Source: a virus (taxonomy: Duplodnaviria; Caudoviricetes). From it: DNA of 64,000 nucleotides. The stretch lies in IMG/VR virus record IMGVR_UViG_3300021254_000035, positions 2,420 through 66,419 of that record; one strand, 5' to 3'. A program made the translations under genes and the position numbers. The notes under the pieces are model-generated. The model searched no databases, had not been told where the DNA came from, and was given only the letters and a program-made list of their open reading frames with translations. Below are positions 62,940 to 64,000 of the stretch, one piece after another; the first letter of the stretch is position 1, and every line of letters starts with the position of its first letter.

Positions 62940-64000
62940 ATGGAGATATTGGCAATTGTAGCAGGTAACGACTTTCGCCTGCGCATTCCCATCGTAAAGC
63001 ATGTGGTGGAAGTATCGGGAGATGTGGTTGATGAGCCTTTTGATGCTGAGACCGTTGATATGATGGGTGTTTTCCTAGAACGAGCCGACGGCTGTACTCG
63101 ACAGCTGCCTTGGCGCGTGGATGAGGAGCACGAAGGCAGTATTATTGCAGATGTGCGTGCACCGATTGCGATCGGTACCTACGGTCTGGTGATTGCGGGA
63201 ATACGTCAGAACAGACAGTTCCGTTCGAAGGAACGTCGCCAAATCAAGATCGTTGACAATAACGAGCGTGCCAATATCACACCTACCTTCTATGACGGCT
63301 GGGATGCCTACTCGCTTGATACCATGTATATTCTCGATGCGAGAGGCAGGGACGGTCTGAGTGCCTACGAGATTGCCGTGCTGCATGGATTCGTGGGAAC
63401 CGAAGAGGAATGGCTGAAAGCATTGGCCATCCGTAGAATCTACAAATCCAGTTCGCAGGGACTTATAGATACATATACCATTATTTATAGCAATATGGCC
63501 ACCAGTACCTTTACCGTGACCAATGGAGAGAGTGCCTACCAGATAGCTGTCAGGTTAGGACTTTTCTCAGGAACGGAAGAGGAGTTCATCCAGTGGCTGA
63601 GAATCCCGACCATCCTAACTGATCTTTGCGTAAAAACCAAGCATATTGATGATGAGGCTGTGACGGAAGACAAGCTGGATGAAGACCTTTTGAATCAGAT
63701 CCGTTCAGCTGGAGCACATGGGTATGCACTTGCGAAGGAGTTTGGTGACAGTACGCTTATCGGTGTGTGCCAGAAAGCACTGACAAAGGCGTTCGATAAG
63801 GTGTATGGGATTCTGGAGGAACTGTCGGGCAATGTGTACAGGGGTATCAGTATGGTTGTGACACCAAGCTACTTCATATCTGAGGACGGATGTAATGCTC
63901 ATATCACAGCTAGTACGGTTGAAACCAACGGCGTGTTCGAGCGCATTGCATTCTTGGTGAACGGCGAGCTTGTTGCTGAGGCTGAGGCTGTGGAGAGCTT
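62940..64000 (+). CDS. Tail fibre/appendage protein, 3'-incomplete (absent from the ORF track)
   Basis: Open frame from ATG 62940 (MEILAIVAGNDFRLRIP) to the window end; two G.SAY.IAV..GF.GTEEE(W/F) repeats. Confidence 0.75.
   Translation, partial: MEILAIVAGNDFRLRIPIVKHVVEVSGDVVDEPFDAETVDMMGVFLERADGCTRQLPWRVDEEHEGSIIADVRAPIAIGTYGLVIAGIRQNRQFRSKERRQIKIVDNNERANITPTFYDGWDAYSLDTMYILDARGRDGLSAYEIAVLHGFVGTEEEWLKALAIRRIYKSSSQGLIDTYTIIYSNMATSTFTVTNGESAYQIAVRLGLFSGTEEEFIQWLRIPTILTDLCVKTKHIDDEAVTEDKLDEDLLNQIRSAGAHGYALAKEFGDSTLIGVCQKALTKAFDKVYGILEELSGNVYRGISMVVTPSYFISEDGCNAHITASTVETNGVFERIAFLVNGELVAEAEAVES

Noticed and set aside
1-64000. Diversity-generating retroelement, CRISPR array, invertible shufflon, IS element
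   Set aside because: No reverse transcriptase, regularly spaced repeat-spacer array, invertase or transposase was recognised.
1-64000. Stop-codon reassignment
   Set aside because: Core genes are full length in the standard code, and TAG and TGA both terminate genes at expected positions.

Overview
A 64-kb stretch of a temperate, podovirus-like phage of Bacteroidales (Prevotella-like host inferred from TAnnTTTG promoters and protein families). It is in non-integrated form: an intact attP carrying the 3' half of tRNA-Gly(CCC) has phage genes on both sides. Order: tail/receptor and lysis genes (1-8.8 kb); a leftward block with the tail nozzle gene and an early/replication operon (8.9-24.2 kb); cro/cI switch, cargo genes, attP and integrase (24-28.3 kb); small terminase candidate; ejection proteins including a 6062-aa polyvalent protein (28.9-48.8 kb); a leftward 7-gene Cys-rich cassette (48.9-52.4 kb); portal, large terminase, rhomboid protease, scaffold, major capsid, adaptor and an incomplete tail gene. 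The most unusual signals are: (1) two tRNA-shaped RNAs whose anticodon loop is replaced by a long extension, one complementary to the loop of the terminator just upstream; (2) a capsid protein with a signal-peptide-like N-terminus encoded near a rhomboid protease; (3) overprinted small genes and duplicated antisense promoters inside the giant gene; (4) a rod-shaped ncRNA and a 4-copy late-promoter motif with an exact 22-nt spacer. All family calls are from motif recognition by eye; no database search was run.
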